This document shows, one piece after another, positions 49,789 to 60,560 of a DNA stretch of 64,000 bases (its first letter is position 1; each line of letters begins with the position of its first letter). The DNA lies in the NCBI GenBank assembly GCA_049512315.1, contig JBEKXF010000001.1, positions 137,340-201,339 on the forward strand, given 5' to 3'. The notes beneath the pieces are model-generated. The model saw nothing but the letters and a program-made list of their open reading frames with translations. It made no database searches and was not told the DNA's origin. Made by a program: the position numbers and the translations under genes. The DNA is from Candidatus Aminicenantales bacterium (GTDB lineage Bacteria; Acidobacteriota; Aminicenantia; Aminicenantales; Saccharicenantaceae).

Positions 49789-50238
49789 TCAAGACAGCCA
49801 CTCTTCCCAGCCCGAGCGGCGTGGAAAGAACATGATGACCAGGAGAATGGACGTGGCGAGGAGGATGTAAAAATCGGCTTTGAGCCCGCCGAGAATGAAG
49901 AGGACAAGGCCGAGGAGGGCCGGGACCTCCGCCAGGACGAGAGTCAAGAGGGTGGCCCGCTCGAGCCTGTGGAGGGCCGTTTTCCTGTCGTCCCGGGGGG
50001 TCTTCTTCAGGAGGGCTTGGCGGAGGACCAGGATCAGGGCCAGGGCCACGGCGGCCAGGGCAAAAAAGCCGTAGCGGAGCGGTTGGCGGTCGGCAATCCC
50101 GGCGAACCCGTAGAACGGCTTGAAACGGGCCCGGATGAACTCCTCGAGGCCGAGGTAAATGAGGAGGCTCGTGACGATGGAAACGCCGATCAGGGAAAGG
50201 GTTCTGAGGTGCCGCCGGAGCTCGTCCTGGATGTCCAT
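49789..50238 (-). CDS. Small membrane protein (4 TM), function unknown
   Basis: AAGGAGG RBS before MDIQDELRR. Hydrophobic helices throughout. Confidence 0.5.
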   Translation of the reverse strand: MDIQDELRRHLRTLSLIGVSIVTSLLIYLGLEEFIRARFKPFYGFAGIADRQPLRYGFFALAAVALALILVLRQALLKKTPRDDRKTALHRLERATLLTLVLAEVPALLGLVLFILGGLKADFYILLATSILLVIMFFPRRSGWEEWLS

Positions 50239-50390
50239 TTCAGCCTCCTTCCGCGGGCTGGCCGGTCGTGGACCGACCCCGAAGAGAACGATTATATGTA
50301 TTTCCGGGGGGCCGCGCAATTGTCTCCCGGCGGGGAGTGAATTATACTGACCCGGAGCGCCCGTCCGAAGGCCGCGTGTGAGGTCATATC

Positions 50391-51764
50391 ATGGTGAAAA
50401 ACTGGTTTCTGACGATCCTGGGATTGTGCTTCCTGGCCGCGGGGACTCCCTTCCTGCGGGCCCAGCCTCCCGTTCAAGCGGAAGACGAGCTGACCGTTAA
50501 GGCCCGCGAGTTCCTGGCCGCTCTCGGGAAGGGCGATTTCACCCTGGCCGCCCGGGACTTCGACGAAACGATGGCCAAGGTCTCCGGCCCCGACAAGCTC
50601 GAAACACTGTGGAAAGAGCAGCTCCCGAAACAGCTGGGGGCTTTTAAAAAACAGACTTCCGCGCGGCGCGAGCAGTTGGGAGCCTACGAGATCGCTCTCG
50701 TCACCTGCGAGTTCGAAAAAGCCACCGTGGACGCCCGTGTCGTTTTCGATAAAACCGGAAAGATCGCCGGCTTCGGATTCGTTCCGTCGGGTCCGCCTGC
50801 CAAGTACGAAGCGCCCGGCTATGCCGACCCGGCGCGTTTCGAAGAAAAAGAGCTCGTGATCGGGACGGGAGAATGGAAGCTGCCGGGAACCCTGACCCTG
50901 CCCAAAGGATCCGGGCCTTTTCCGGGGCTCGTCGTCGTCCACGGCTCCGGCCCGAATGACAGGGACGAATCGCTCGGCCCCAACAAGCCTTTCCGGGACT
51001 TGGCCTGGGGACTGGCGATGCGCGGCATCGCCGTCCTCCGCTACGACAAGCGCAGCAGGGTCTACGGGGCCAGGATCGTCGCCGACCCCAAGCTCGAAGC
51101 GACCATGACGGTCAAGGACGAGACGATCGATGACGCCTTGGCCGCCGCGGCCATGCTCCAAAAAACCGAGGCCGTCGATAAAGGCAGGGTCTTCATCCTG
51201 GGCCACAGCCTGGGCGGCTTCCTCATGCCCAGGATAGCCCTCGCGGCGAAACCTCTTGGGGTGGCCGGGTTCATCAGCCTGGCCGGCCTGACCCGACCCC
51301 TAGAAGACACGATCCTCCGCCAGTTGAAATACCTCTCCGGCCTGTCGGGGGGGGCAGCGTCCGAGGCGGACAAAAAGAGGCTCGAGGAGATCGAAGGCGC
51401 GGTCAGGAAGATCAAGGCCCTGACGGACGCCGACAAAATGTCCACGATCAAGCTCCTGGGCGCGATGCCGACCTATTGGCTGGACCTCCGCGGCTACAAT
51501 CCTCCTGAGCTGGCCAAGTCGGTAACAAAGCCCATGCTCATCCTGCAAGGCAGCCGCGATTATCAGGTGACGACCGAGGATTTCGAGAACTGGAAGGCTG
51601 CCCTGGGATCGCGCCAGGATGTCGAGCTCCACCTCTATCCCAAGCTGAACCACTTTTTCTTCGAAGGCAAGGGTCTGATCATGCCCACCGAGTACGTCCA
51701 GGTCCACGGCAGCGTCGCGCCCTACGTCATCGGGGACATCGCGGCCTGGATCCTCAAGCACTGA
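50391..51764 (+). CDS. Secreted alpha/beta hydrolase (dienelactone hydrolase / S9-like)
   Basis: Signal peptide. GHSLGG nucleophile elbow, with downstream Asp/His positions. Confidence 0.7.
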   Translation: MVKNWFLTILGLCFLAAGTPFLRAQPPVQAEDELTVKAREFLAALGKGDFTLAARDFDETMAKVSGPDKLETLWKEQLPKQLGAFKKQTSARREQLGAYEIALVTCEFEKATVDARVVFDKTGKIAGFGFVPSGPPAKYEAPGYADPARFEEKELVIGTGEWKLPGTLTLPKGSGPFPGLVVVHGSGPNDRDESLGPNKPFRDLAWGLAMRGIAVLRYDKRSRVYGARIVADPKLEATMTVKDETIDDALAAAAMLQKTEAVDKGRVFILGHSLGGFLMPRIALAAKPLGVAGFISLAGLTRPLEDTILRQLKYLSGLSGGAASEADKKRLEEIEGAVRKIKALTDADKMSTIKLLGAMPTYWLDLRGYNPPELAKSVTKPMLILQGSRDYQVTTEDFENWKAALGSRQDVELHLYPKLNHFFFEGKGLIMPTEYVQVHGSVAPYVIGDIAAWILKH

Positions 51765-51777
51765 AGGCCGCTTCCGC

Positions 51778-52944
51778 TCAGTCGACGTAGAGCAAGAAGC
51801 CTTTGAGGTATTCGGTTTCCGGATGGAAGATGTTGACCGGATGATCGAAGGCCTGGCGGTGGCGCTGGAGGATCTTGACCCGCCGGCCAGCTTCCTGTGC
51901 GGCCTGGAAAACAACCTGCTGGAAAAGTTTCTCGTCTACGAAATGGGAGCAGGAAAAGGTCAGGACCAGGCCCTGTGCCTTGACCTTCTGGATGGCCAGG
52001 CGGTTGATGTCCTTATAGCCGCGGCAGGCCTGGACGACGTCCATTTTCTTCTTGGCGAAGGCGGGCGGGTCAAGGATGATGAAGTCGTAGGCGAGGCCGG
52101 GCTCCCGCAGGAACTCGAAGACATCGGCCGTGAAGAAGACGCCGGAATCCGCCGGCAGGGTGTTGATCTCGAAATTCTCCTGGGCCAGGGCGATGGCGCT
52201 TTCGGAAGAGTCCACGGAGTCGGCCCGGACCGCGCCTCCCTTGAGGGCATAGACGGAAAAAGCCCCGGTGTAGGCGAACGCGTTGAGGACGTGGCGGCCG
52301 CGGGCGGAGGCCCTGACGAGCTTCCGCATCTCCCGCTGGTCGAGGTAGAACCCCGTTTTCTGGGAGCGGGCCAGACTGACTTCGAATGGGAGGCCCTCCT
52401 CGAGGATCCGGACCCTCTCCACGGGCTCGCCGAAAATCGTCCCTTCGAGATCCGCCAGGCCCTCTTCCCGTCGCGCCGGGAGGTCCGACCTCTCGTAGAC
52501 GCTCCGGGGCTTGATCGTGGCGACGAGGATGTCGAGGACGAAGGCTTTGAGCTTTTCCATGCCGAGCGTTGTGACCTGGAGGACGAGGACGTCCCCGTAG
52601 AGGTCGGCGACCAGCCCAGGCACGAGATCCCCCTCGGCGTTGACCAGGCGGAAGGCGTTGGTCGCAGCCGGGTCGAAGAGCCGCCGGCGGAGGCGGACCG
52701 CCTGCTCGATGCTCTGCCGCATGGCATCCTCGGGGGCCGATTTCCCGAAGCTGACCATCCGGCCGGTGATCGACGAGTTCCGGTTGAAATAGGCGTGGCC
52801 GAGGAGGTCACCGTCGGCGCTCCTGACCGGGAGGATGCTCCCGTTGTCGAAATCCGGCATCGTCCGGATCGCGCCGGAAAAGATCCAATGATGCCGGTTC
52901 CGGACCGCTTTGTCCTTCCCCGGCTTGAGAATGACGCCGTCCAT
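51778..52944 (-). CDS. Class I SAM-dependent rRNA (cytosine-C5) methyltransferase, RlmI-type with PUA domain
   Basis: LNAFAYTGAFSVYAL...DFIILDPPAFAKKK align with RlmI motifs. Start at MDGVILKPGK. Confidence 0.7.
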   Translation of the reverse strand: MDGVILKPGKDKAVRNRHHWIFSGAIRTMPDFDNGSILPVRSADGDLLGHAYFNRNSSITGRMVSFGKSAPEDAMRQSIEQAVRLRRRLFDPAATNAFRLVNAEGDLVPGLVADLYGDVLVLQVTTLGMEKLKAFVLDILVATIKPRSVYERSDLPARREEGLADLEGTIFGEPVERVRILEEGLPFEVSLARSQKTGFYLDQREMRKLVRASARGRHVLNAFAYTGAFSVYALKGGAVRADSVDSSESAIALAQENFEINTLPADSGVFFTADVFEFLREPGLAYDFIILDPPAFAKKKMDVVQACRGYKDINRLAIQKVKAQGLVLTFSCSHFVDEKLFQQVVFQAAQEAGRRVKILQRHRQAFDHPVNIFHPETEYLKGFLLYVD

Positions 52945-52967
52945 GCCGGCTCCTTGAGAGACCGCGC

Positions 52968-53414
52968 TCACCCGTCGGGGTCCGGGCTCCCCGGACCCGG
53001 ACGCGCATCGCCGGCCTTGAGTAGCCGGACCACAGGACGGTCGGGCTCGGTGAAGGCCGATTCATCCAGCCCGGCCGGCTCCACCCAGCGGACCTCGTCG
53101 TGGTCGGTCGGGTTGAGCTCGCCCGAGACATGGGCCACTGTGTAAGCCAGAAGCTCGATCGACAGGACCGGACCCCGGTACGGGACGGAGCAGAAGAACC
53201 CCTCGATCCGTACTTGGATGCCGAGCTCTTCGAGGAGCTCGCGCTCGAGCCCGCTCTCGGGATCCTCGCCGTCCTCGAGCTTGCCGCCCGGGAACTCCCA
53301 GAGGCCGCCGAAACGGATGTCTTTCCGGCGGCGGGCGACGAGGACCTTCCCGTCCCGCTCGATGATCGCGGCCACGACCTTGGGCAGGGCCTCCATTCCG
53401 TTCTTTTTTTTCAT
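52968..53414 (-). CDS. NUDIX hydrolase (MutT-like)
   Basis: Nudix box GGLWEFPGGKLEDGEDPESGLERELLEELG. Confidence 0.8.
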   Translation of the reverse strand: MKKKNGMEALPKVVAAIIERDGKVLVARRRKDIRFGGLWEFPGGKLEDGEDPESGLERELLEELGIQVRIEGFFCSVPYRGPVLSIELLAYTVAHVSGELNPTDHDEVRWVEPAGLDESAFTEPDRPVVRLLKAGDARPGPGSPDPDG

Positions 53415-53502
53415 CGGCTTTTCCCCGGTCTCATCTTATTCTAAGCGGGGAGCATTCACAAGCCTCCCTGAAAACGCCGGATTGTGCTAGAATAGCCCAA
53501 CC

Positions 53503-54951
53503 ATGAGAATCGCACTCCTCGCCTCAGAAGCCATCCCCTATGCCAAGACCGGCGGCCTGGCCGACGTAGCCGGCGCCCTGCCGAAGTTCCTGTCCCAGCT
53601 CGGGGCCGACGCCCGGGTCTTCCTGCCTTTTTATCGGGAAGTACGGGAAAAAAACCTCCCTCTGCGGAAGGTCATCGAAAACATCTCCCTGGATTGGGCC
53701 GGCGCCAGGACCGGCTTTTCCGTCCTCGAACACCGGGCAGACGGGTTTTCCGTGAACTTCATCGTCCGGGACGGGTATTTCGACCGGAACTGTCTTTACG
53801 GGACCCCGGCGGGCGATTATCCCGACAATGGCGAGCGCTTCGCCTTTTTCGCCCGGGCCTCGCTCGAATCGATGAAAACCCTCGGCTTCTCCCCCGACGT
53901 CGTCCACGGCCACGATTGGCAGGCGGCCTCCGCTTTCGCCTACCTGAAGTTCATCTACGCCGACGACCCGTTCTTCAAGGACACCAAGTCCCTTTTCACG
54001 GTCCACAACCTCGCCTATCAGGGGCTTTTCGAGAAAGAGGTCCTGGCGGCGGTCGGCCTTCCCGGGCATCTTTTCAACATGAACGACCTCGAGTTCTTCG
54101 GCAAGGTCAACTCTATGAAGGCCGGCATCCTCTATGCGACGGCCGTGAATACCGTGAGTCCCCGCTACAGCCGCGAGATCCAGACACCGGAGTTCGGCTG
54201 CGGCCTGGACGGCCTCCTGAGGTGGCGCTCCTATGCCCTCTCCGGCATCCTGAACGGCGTCGACTACGCCGACTGGGACCCGGCGACGGACCGGCTGATC
54301 CCGGCCCACTTCTCCCCGGGCGACCTTTCCGGAAAGGCCCGGTCGAAGGCGGTGTTGCTCGATATGTTCGGGCTCGAGAAGGCTCCCGGCGCCCCGGTCG
54401 CCGGGATGGTCACGCGATTGGCCGGCCAGAAGGGCGTCGATATCGTCTGCGACGCCCTCGACGAGATCTTCCGCCTCGGGGTCACGGTCGTCATCCTCGG
54501 GACCGGCGACCAGAAGATCCAGGACTTCCTGAAGGACGCCAAGAAAAAATACGCCGGCCGCTTCGGCCTGATGATCGCCTTCGATGAGAAGGCGGCCCAC
54601 ACGATCTACGCCGGAAGTGACCTCTTCCTGATCCCCTCACGCTATGAGCCGTGCGGCCTGACCCAGATGTACGCCCTCAAGTACGGGACCGTCCCGGTCG
54701 TCCGGGCCACGGGCGGGCTCGACGACACGATCCAGGAGTTCACGCCGGGCTCGGCTTCGGGGAACGGATTCAAGTTCGAGGACGCGTCGCCCGAGGCCCT
54801 CTTGGCCTCTCTCCGCAGGGCGCTCGACACCTATTCCCGGAAGGATCTCTGGGGGGCCCTCGTGCGGAACGCCATGGCCTCCGATTTCTCTTGGACGAGG
54901 TCTGCCGGAGAGTATCTCGGGCTCTACAGGAAGATCACGGGACTCTCTTAG
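53503..54951 (+). CDS. glgA: Glycogen synthase (ADP-glucose type)
   Basis: N-terminal KTGGLADV motif and a GT-B C-terminal domain. Confidence 0.9.
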   Translation: MRIALLASEAIPYAKTGGLADVAGALPKFLSQLGADARVFLPFYREVREKNLPLRKVIENISLDWAGARTGFSVLEHRADGFSVNFIVRDGYFDRNCLYGTPAGDYPDNGERFAFFARASLESMKTLGFSPDVVHGHDWQAASAFAYLKFIYADDPFFKDTKSLFTVHNLAYQGLFEKEVLAAVGLPGHLFNMNDLEFFGKVNSMKAGILYATAVNTVSPRYSREIQTPEFGCGLDGLLRWRSYALSGILNGVDYADWDPATDRLIPAHFSPGDLSGKARSKAVLLDMFGLEKAPGAPVAGMVTRLAGQKGVDIVCDALDEIFRLGVTVVILGTGDQKIQDFLKDAKKKYAGRFGLMIAFDEKAAHTIYAGSDLFLIPSRYEPCGLTQMYALKYGTVPVVRATGGLDDTIQEFTPGSASGNGFKFEDASPEALLASLRRALDTYSRKDLWGALVRNAMASDFSWTRSAGEYLGLYRKITGLS

Positions 54952-55017
54952 AGTCGGGAGCCCTCACGGGTTCGGTGACGAGATCGCTCAGAGGGGCAAT
55001 CCCCCCGGCGATAGTCC

Positions 55018-56043
55018 CTATCCTTTTCTGAGGAATACGGCCGCCGTTTCCGGCGGGACCGGATTGATGTAGTAACCCGTCCCCAACTCGAAACCCGCTA
55101 CCTTTGTCAGGATTGGGAGGATCTCGATGTGCCAATGGTAGTTGTGGTCGATCCCCGGCCAGTTCTTGAGAGAGAGAGCCGGGCTGGGCGCCTGATGGAG
55201 GACCATGTTGAAGGCGGGGTCGCCGAGCGTCGTCTTCAACCTGGTCAGGACGGCCTTGATGGTCTCGGCCATCGCCTCGAGCTCCTCCCCCCGCAGGGCC
55301 GTGAAGAACGGCGAATGGCGGAGCGGGTAGATGGCCATTTCGAAAGGGAAACGCGAAGCGAAAGGGGTGATGGCGGCGAAATGCCGGTTCTCAAAGACGA
55401 GCCTTTCGCCCATGGCCTGTTCCTCGCGGATGATCCGGCAGAAGGCGCATTCCTTGAGGCTCCGGAACAGGCGCTCGGCCCCGTAGATCTCCTCCTTGAC
55501 CCGCTTCGGGACGATGGGGGTTGCTATGAGCTGAGAGTGCGGGTGGCTGAGGGACGCGCCGGCCTCCTTCCCCTTGTTCTTGAACAGCTGGACGTACTGG
55601 TAATGAAGCTCCTCCTCGATGGCCCGGATCCTCTGCTGGCAGACCTCGAGGACGTCCCGGACATGGCCGGGGGGGAGGTCGCCGAGCTCCTTGTCGTGGT
55701 CGGGGTTTTCGATGACGACTTCGTGGACCCCGATGCCTTCCATCCATTCGAAAACGCCCTTGGTGTGCTTGGGAGGCGTCGTCCCGCGGTTCAGAGCGGG
55801 GAACTTGTTGGGGACGACCCGGACCCGCCATCCCGGCGCGTCCGGCAACGTTCCGCCCTCCCTCAGGGCGAAAACCTCGGGCGGGGTCTTCCCCTCGTTT
55901 CCCTCGCAAAAAGGGCAGAATCCCCTGGGTTCCCCGGCCGGCGCCGGACCGCCGGCCGGCCGGAAATCGTCCGGCCGCTTGCTCCGCTCCGTGGCGATGA
56001 TGACCCAGCCTCCGCTGATCAGGTCTTTTCTGAGTTCAGACAT
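55018..56043 (-). CDS. galT: Galactose-1-phosphate uridylyltransferase-like (HIT family)
   Basis: CPFCEGNE zinc motif. NKFPAL and HPHSQ catalytic-histidine motif. Confidence 0.75.
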   Translation of the reverse strand: MSELRKDLISGGWVIIATERSKRPDDFRPAGGPAPAGEPRGFCPFCEGNEGKTPPEVFALREGGTLPDAPGWRVRVVPNKFPALNRGTTPPKHTKGVFEWMEGIGVHEVVIENPDHDKELGDLPPGHVRDVLEVCQQRIRAIEEELHYQYVQLFKNKGKEAGASLSHPHSQLIATPIVPKRVKEEIYGAERLFRSLKECAFCRIIREEQAMGERLVFENRHFAAITPFASRFPFEMAIYPLRHSPFFTALRGEELEAMAETIKAVLTRLKTTLGDPAFNMVLHQAPSPALSLKNWPGIDHNYHWHIEILPILTKVAGFELGTGYYINPVPPETAAVFLRKG

Positions 56044-56402
56044 TATTCACCAATGAGTTCCTTGATCTTGAGCTTGAGCTCATCGAGCGAGGACGATTTC
56101 ACGACGTAGGCGTCGGCAGCCCAGGTCATGAAATCCTCCTTGTGGCTCTGGTAGGCCGAGTTGATGATGATGGGGATATCCTTGCGGAGCCCCATGATCT
56201 GGGTGATGAGCTCGATCCCGTTCTTCCCCGGCATCCGGATGTCGGTAATGATGAGGTCGAAGGTCGTTTTCTTGAGCTCCCTCAAGGCGGCGTCGGCATC
56301 GTAGGCCGTCGTGACGGCGTAGCCGGCCTTGCCGAGCTCCTCCCCGTACAGCAGACAGAGTGCCTTCTCATCTTCGACGACGAGGATCTTCTTCATGGCC
56401 AA
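56043..56402 (-). CDS. Stand-alone CheY-like response regulator receiver
   Basis: 119 aa: VVEDE...DLIITDIRMPG...K. No output domain. Its stop overlaps the galT ATG (TAATG). Confidence 0.85.
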   Translation of the reverse strand: MAMKKILVVEDEKALCLLYGEELGKAGYAVTTAYDADAALRELKKTTFDLIITDIRMPGKNGIELITQIMGLRKDIPIIINSAYQSHKEDFMTWAADAYVVKSSSLDELKLKIKELIGE

Positions 56403-57746
56403 TTACCCCCTTTCCCGGCTTTGAAAAATGAGCTTGAACAGGGCCCCCTTCCCGGCCCGGCTCTGGACCTCGATCTTCCCGCCGCAGGTGTCCATGACCC
56501 TCTTGATGAACGACAAGCCCAGGCCCATCCCCTTCTCCTTGGTGGTGAAAAAGGGCCTGAAGAGCTGGCCCTTGTCCGGGTTGGAGATGCCCTGGCCCGT
56601 GTCCCTCACCGAAAGGATGAATGACGTCTTGTTCTTCCGGTAGGCCCGCACGGAAACCGTTCCTTCCTCCGGCGTTGCGTCGAACGCGTTGTCGAGGAGG
56701 TTTCGCAGGACCTCCCCGAATAAGGTCGGGTCGCAGAGGACCTGGGGCAGGCAGTCCTCGATCTTGACGTTGAGGGTGGTGCCCTGGCCTTTGGCCAGGA
56801 CCTCGGGGCTGCGGAGGACGGATTCGATCGCCGGCCCGACATCGAAGTAGACCGGTTCCTTCAGGCTGACCTTGAGGAAGTGGCCCATCTGGTAAACGAT
56901 ATTCTCCAGGCGCCGGATCTCGTCCCGGATGATCCTCAGGTTCCGCTCCCTCTTGTCCTCGGAAACCCCCGGCTGGAGGAGCTGGTCGGTGAATCCGCCG
57001 ATGGTCACCAGCGGATTCCTGAGTTGGTGGGTGACGAACATGGCCATCTCGCCCATGGCGGCCATCTTTTCCGCTTCGAGAAGCCGCTCGTGAAGCGTGG
57101 CCGAATAGATATAATTGCTGGCGATCAGGCCGCAGAGGCTGGCGAGCTTGACGTCCCCCGGGCTGATGGGGACGCGGGTGAAAGCGTTGTCCAGGATGAT
57201 TTCGCCGAAGACCTCGTCCCGGGCGAGGAGCGGGATGCAGAGGAACTCGTCGACCTGGATGAGCTCGAGGAACTCCTTGTCCACCATCGGGTCCTTCGAA
57301 GCCTCGCGGACGAGGTAGGTCTCCTTGTTGCAGGCCGCATAGGCCGGAATCAAAGCGCAGGTCTCCTCGTCCATGGTAAAAACGAGATTCTTGATGCGGC
57401 GGCTGAGGGTGTCCTCGTTCTTGCTGACGAGGGTCCGGTTGTGCTCGATGATCTCGACGTAGCCGATCCCCGGCGTCGAGAGGACCTCCCAGATGTACCC
57501 GGCCTCCTCCGGAGTCCGCGGCCCAAGCCAGGTCTCGCCCCGGAGGCAGTCTCCGTCTCGGAGGAAGAGCATGGCCCGGTTGAAGCCGACCCCGGAGCCG
57601 GAGGTCAGGGCGGTCATGATGACGAGGAGGTTGTCCTCCAGGGAAAAAGGCTGGAAGAAGCTCTGGGAGATGATGGACAGAAGCATCATCTCCTTGGGGG
57701 CGTTCTTCTCGAAATCCGAAGCCAGGAAGTTGTACTTCTCGATCAT
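56403..57746 (-). CDS. Cytoplasmic GAF-domain sensor histidine kinase
   Basis: Two GAF-like regions, H-box FVTHQLRNPL, then N and G boxes (DNAFDAT, DTGQGI, GMGLGLS). No TM helices. Confidence 0.85.
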   Translation of the reverse strand: MIEKYNFLASDFEKNAPKEMMLLSIISQSFFQPFSLEDNLLVIMTALTSGSGVGFNRAMLFLRDGDCLRGETWLGPRTPEEAGYIWEVLSTPGIGYVEIIEHNRTLVSKNEDTLSRRIKNLVFTMDEETCALIPAYAACNKETYLVREASKDPMVDKEFLELIQVDEFLCIPLLARDEVFGEIILDNAFTRVPISPGDVKLASLCGLIASNYIYSATLHERLLEAEKMAAMGEMAMFVTHQLRNPLVTIGGFTDQLLQPGVSEDKRERNLRIIRDEIRRLENIVYQMGHFLKVSLKEPVYFDVGPAIESVLRSPEVLAKGQGTTLNVKIEDCLPQVLCDPTLFGEVLRNLLDNAFDATPEEGTVSVRAYRKNKTSFILSVRDTGQGISNPDKGQLFRPFFTTKEKGMGLGLSFIKRVMDTCGGKIEVQSRAGKGALFKLIFQSRERG

Positions 57747-58927
57747 TCGTCCTTCCAGCCTTTGGGGACGACCCGGACGCCGGACTTGCTGATCTTGAAA
57801 TTCCGGCCGTCCTTTTCCGCGTCGATGCCGATCTCGAAGCGCTCGGGGATGACGCTGAACTTGTCGACAATGACTTTCTTGAGCTTGGCCCCTCGGCCGA
57901 CCTTGACCCCTTCGAGGAGGATTGAATCATAGACCTCGGCCCTGTCGCAGATCCGGACACCCGGAGAGATGATCGAATTCTCGACCCGCCCCCCGGACAG
58001 GGTGACCCCCGGGCTGAGGATCGAATTCCGGATCGTGCCTCCCTCGATATAGGCCGGCGGGTACTGGGGCTTGTAGGTCCTGAAAGGCCAGTCCGGGTCG
58101 CGGAGAATGGCCGGTGAGGGGTCGGCCAGGAAGGCCATATTGGCTTCCCAGTAGGCGTCGATCGTCCCGATGTCTTCCCAGTAGTCATCGAAGAGGTAGG
58201 CGAAGGTCCGGTGGTCATGGATCAGGCTGGGGATGATGTCCTTCCCGAAGTCGTGGGCGCTCGCGGAGCGCCGGGCGTCCTTGAACAGGGCCTTGATCAG
58301 GACCGGAGTCTTGAAGAGGTAGACGCCCATGGAGATCAGGCTCCTCCCTGGATCCCAAGGCGTCGCTGAGGCTTTCTTTGGCTTTTCCATGAACTCGATG
58401 ATCCGGCGGTCCTCGTCGATCCCGAGGACGCCGAACCGGGACGCCTCCCGGGCCGGGATGACCCTCGTCATGATCACCGCGTCGGCGTCCCGCTCCCCCG
58501 AAAAGAGGAGAAGCTTCCGGTAGTCCGCCTTGTAGATGTGGTCGCCCGAGAGAACGAGGACGTGTTCCGGGGCCTCCTGCTGGATGGTGTAGATATTCTG
58601 GAAGACGGCGTCGGCCGTGCCCTCGTACCAGCGGTCGCCGACCCGGCCCTGGGCCGGAATGGACAGGATGAAGTCGCCGCTCTCGGCGTGGAAGATGTTC
58701 CAGCCGTTGATGATGTGCCGCTCGAGGGACAGGGATTTGTACTGGGTGACCAGGGCAATCTTCCGGAGCCCCGAGTTGAGGGCGTTCGAGAGGCTGAAAT
58801 CGATGATCCGGTAAGCGCCGAGGAACGGGACGGAGGGCTTGGCCCGGTCCCGGGTGAGGGGGTAAAGCCTCTCCCCCTTCCCCCCGCACAGGACCATGAC
58901 CAGCGTTTTCTTAGATGACAGTTCCAT
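57743..58927 (-). CDS. glgC: Glucose-1-phosphate adenylyltransferase
   Basis: LCGGKGERLYPLT...PAVPF-like motifs. Start at MELSSKK. ATGA overlap with the kinase gene. Confidence 0.9.
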   Translation of the reverse strand: MELSSKKTLVMVLCGGKGERLYPLTRDRAKPSVPFLGAYRIIDFSLSNALNSGLRKIALVTQYKSLSLERHIINGWNIFHAESGDFILSIPAQGRVGDRWYEGTADAVFQNIYTIQQEAPEHVLVLSGDHIYKADYRKLLLFSGERDADAVIMTRVIPAREASRFGVLGIDEDRRIIEFMEKPKKASATPWDPGRSLISMGVYLFKTPVLIKALFKDARRSASAHDFGKDIIPSLIHDHRTFAYLFDDYWEDIGTIDAYWEANMAFLADPSPAILRDPDWPFRTYKPQYPPAYIEGGTIRNSILSPGVTLSGGRVENSIISPGVRICDRAEVYDSILLEGVKVGRGAKLKKVIVDKFSVIPERFEIGIDAEKDGRNFKISKSGVRVVPKGWKDE

Positions 58928-60560
58928 CGGGCAAAACGACCTCGTCGAAAAGGCCGTCCTCTTTTTCATAGACTTGGAGGAGGGCCTCCTCGGCGGCCGT
59001 GAGGACGCGTCCGCTCCGAAGCCAGCCGGCCAGCTCCAGGGCCCTCGTAAAGTGCTCGGCGGCCCGGTTTTCGGCGTAGTCCCGGGCCGTCCATGTCGAG
59101 ATGAGGAACGGCCAGTCCGAGCTTTCGAGAAGAAATTTCTCCCGGTAGAACTGCCTCAGGACGAGCTTGTCGAGGACGGCCGCGCGGGGACGGATCTCCT
59201 CTTCGGCCTCCTCGATCCGGTAGATGTCTTTCCAGATCCAGGCCGTCTCCTCGTTGAGCCAGATCCAGTGGAATCCGCCCTGCCCCCATGAGCCTTCGGG
59301 CAGAGAGATGATCGCCGTCGGAGGCAGTTTTTCCAGGCACTCGCCCGCTGTCAGGGGCTGGACCGGACTCCGAGCGAGCTTCTTGATCATGCGGTAGAGC
59401 CACTCGGGGCCCTCGAACCACCAGTGTCCGAAAAGCTCGGTGTCGTAGAGGGCGGCGACGACCCCCGACTCCTTGTCCTTGAGGGCCGACTCGAGGACGG
59501 AGACGAAGTGCGAAGCGTGGTCCTCTATCCGGCCCGCGGCCGCGGCCGGGTCATAGGCCTCTTTGAGCGCCAGGTCGGGGTCGTTCGAGGTGATCCGCCA
59601 GTAGCGCATGCCGCCGGGGAAGTGCTTTTTGTGGAATTCGAGGTAGCAGCCGTCTCCCGGATAGCCCATTTGGCGGCTCCAGACCTGGGAGCCCGAAACC
59701 TCGTCGCGGACGAAGAACGGGAGATTCGAGGGATACGCCAGATAGGCCGAATAAGGGTCGCGCTTGATCTCGTCGGCTGGCCGGTATTCCTTTCGGGATT
59801 TTTCCCAGAGGAGCTTCAGGCTCGGGAACCGGTCGAGGTAGACGCCCTTGGCTTCGCCGCCCTTGAGGAGGTGGCCGTCGACGAAAAAGTAGCCGATCCC
59901 CTCCTGGCTCAGGATCTCGTCCACTCCGAGCCGGGGGGCGGCTTGACTCTCACCGAAGGGCGGCTTCCAGGCATAGGCCGGACGATAGGCGCACTCGGGG
60001 ATCCAAAAACCTCTGGCCTCTCGTCCGAAATACCGCCGGTAGACGTGACGCCCCTGCCGGATCTGATGGCGGATGCTGGCGTCTTTCTTGAGGAGGGGGA
60101 AATAGCCATGGGTGGCCGCCGACGTCAGGACCTCAATCTGCCCCCGGTCCTGGAGCAACCGGAAGCCTTCGATGATGTCGCCGTGGTATCTCTCGTGGAA
60201 GTCGTGGAGGAGCTTTCGATACCAGTCCCCCCAATAGACCGTGAGGGACAGGAGGGGGTGCCCGGTCGCCCGGAACGAGGCCCCGTCGCGGTCGGCGACC
60301 TCGATCTTCATCCGCAGGTACCCGTCGAAGCCCCGGACGAAATCCGGGTCCTTGAGTTGGGCCATGAGGACCGGCGTGAAGCCGATATTCACCCGGGGAG
60401 GGACGCCCTCCGCCGCCAGCCGCTCGAAGACGCCGAGGAGAGGGAGATAAGTTTCGGCGGCGGCTTCATACAGCCAGTCCATCCCGTGAGGCCAGCTGCC
60501 GTGGTCGAGGACGTACGGGATGTGGCTGTGGAGGACGAGGGAGAAATATTTATCGGCCAT
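58911..60560 (-). CDS. GH57-family 1,4-alpha-glucan branching enzyme (DUF1957 type)
   Basis: N-terminal YFSLVLHSHIPYV and the GH57 catalytic region (WIPECAY). 549 aa. Confidence 0.8.
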   Translation of the reverse strand: MADKYFSLVLHSHIPYVLDHGSWPHGMDWLYEAAAETYLPLLGVFERLAAEGVPPRVNIGFTPVLMAQLKDPDFVRGFDGYLRMKIEVADRDGASFRATGHPLLSLTVYWGDWYRKLLHDFHERYHGDIIEGFRLLQDRGQIEVLTSAATHGYFPLLKKDASIRHQIRQGRHVYRRYFGREARGFWIPECAYRPAYAWKPPFGESQAAPRLGVDEILSQEGIGYFFVDGHLLKGGEAKGVYLDRFPSLKLLWEKSRKEYRPADEIKRDPYSAYLAYPSNLPFFVRDEVSGSQVWSRQMGYPGDGCYLEFHKKHFPGGMRYWRITSNDPDLALKEAYDPAAAAGRIEDHASHFVSVLESALKDKESGVVAALYDTELFGHWWFEGPEWLYRMIKKLARSPVQPLTAGECLEKLPPTAIISLPEGSWGQGGFHWIWLNEETAWIWKDIYRIEEAEEEIRPRAAVLDKLVLRQFYREKFLLESSDWPFLISTWTARDYAENRAAEHFTRALELAGWLRSGRVLTAAEEALLQVYEKEDGLFDEVVLPDGTVI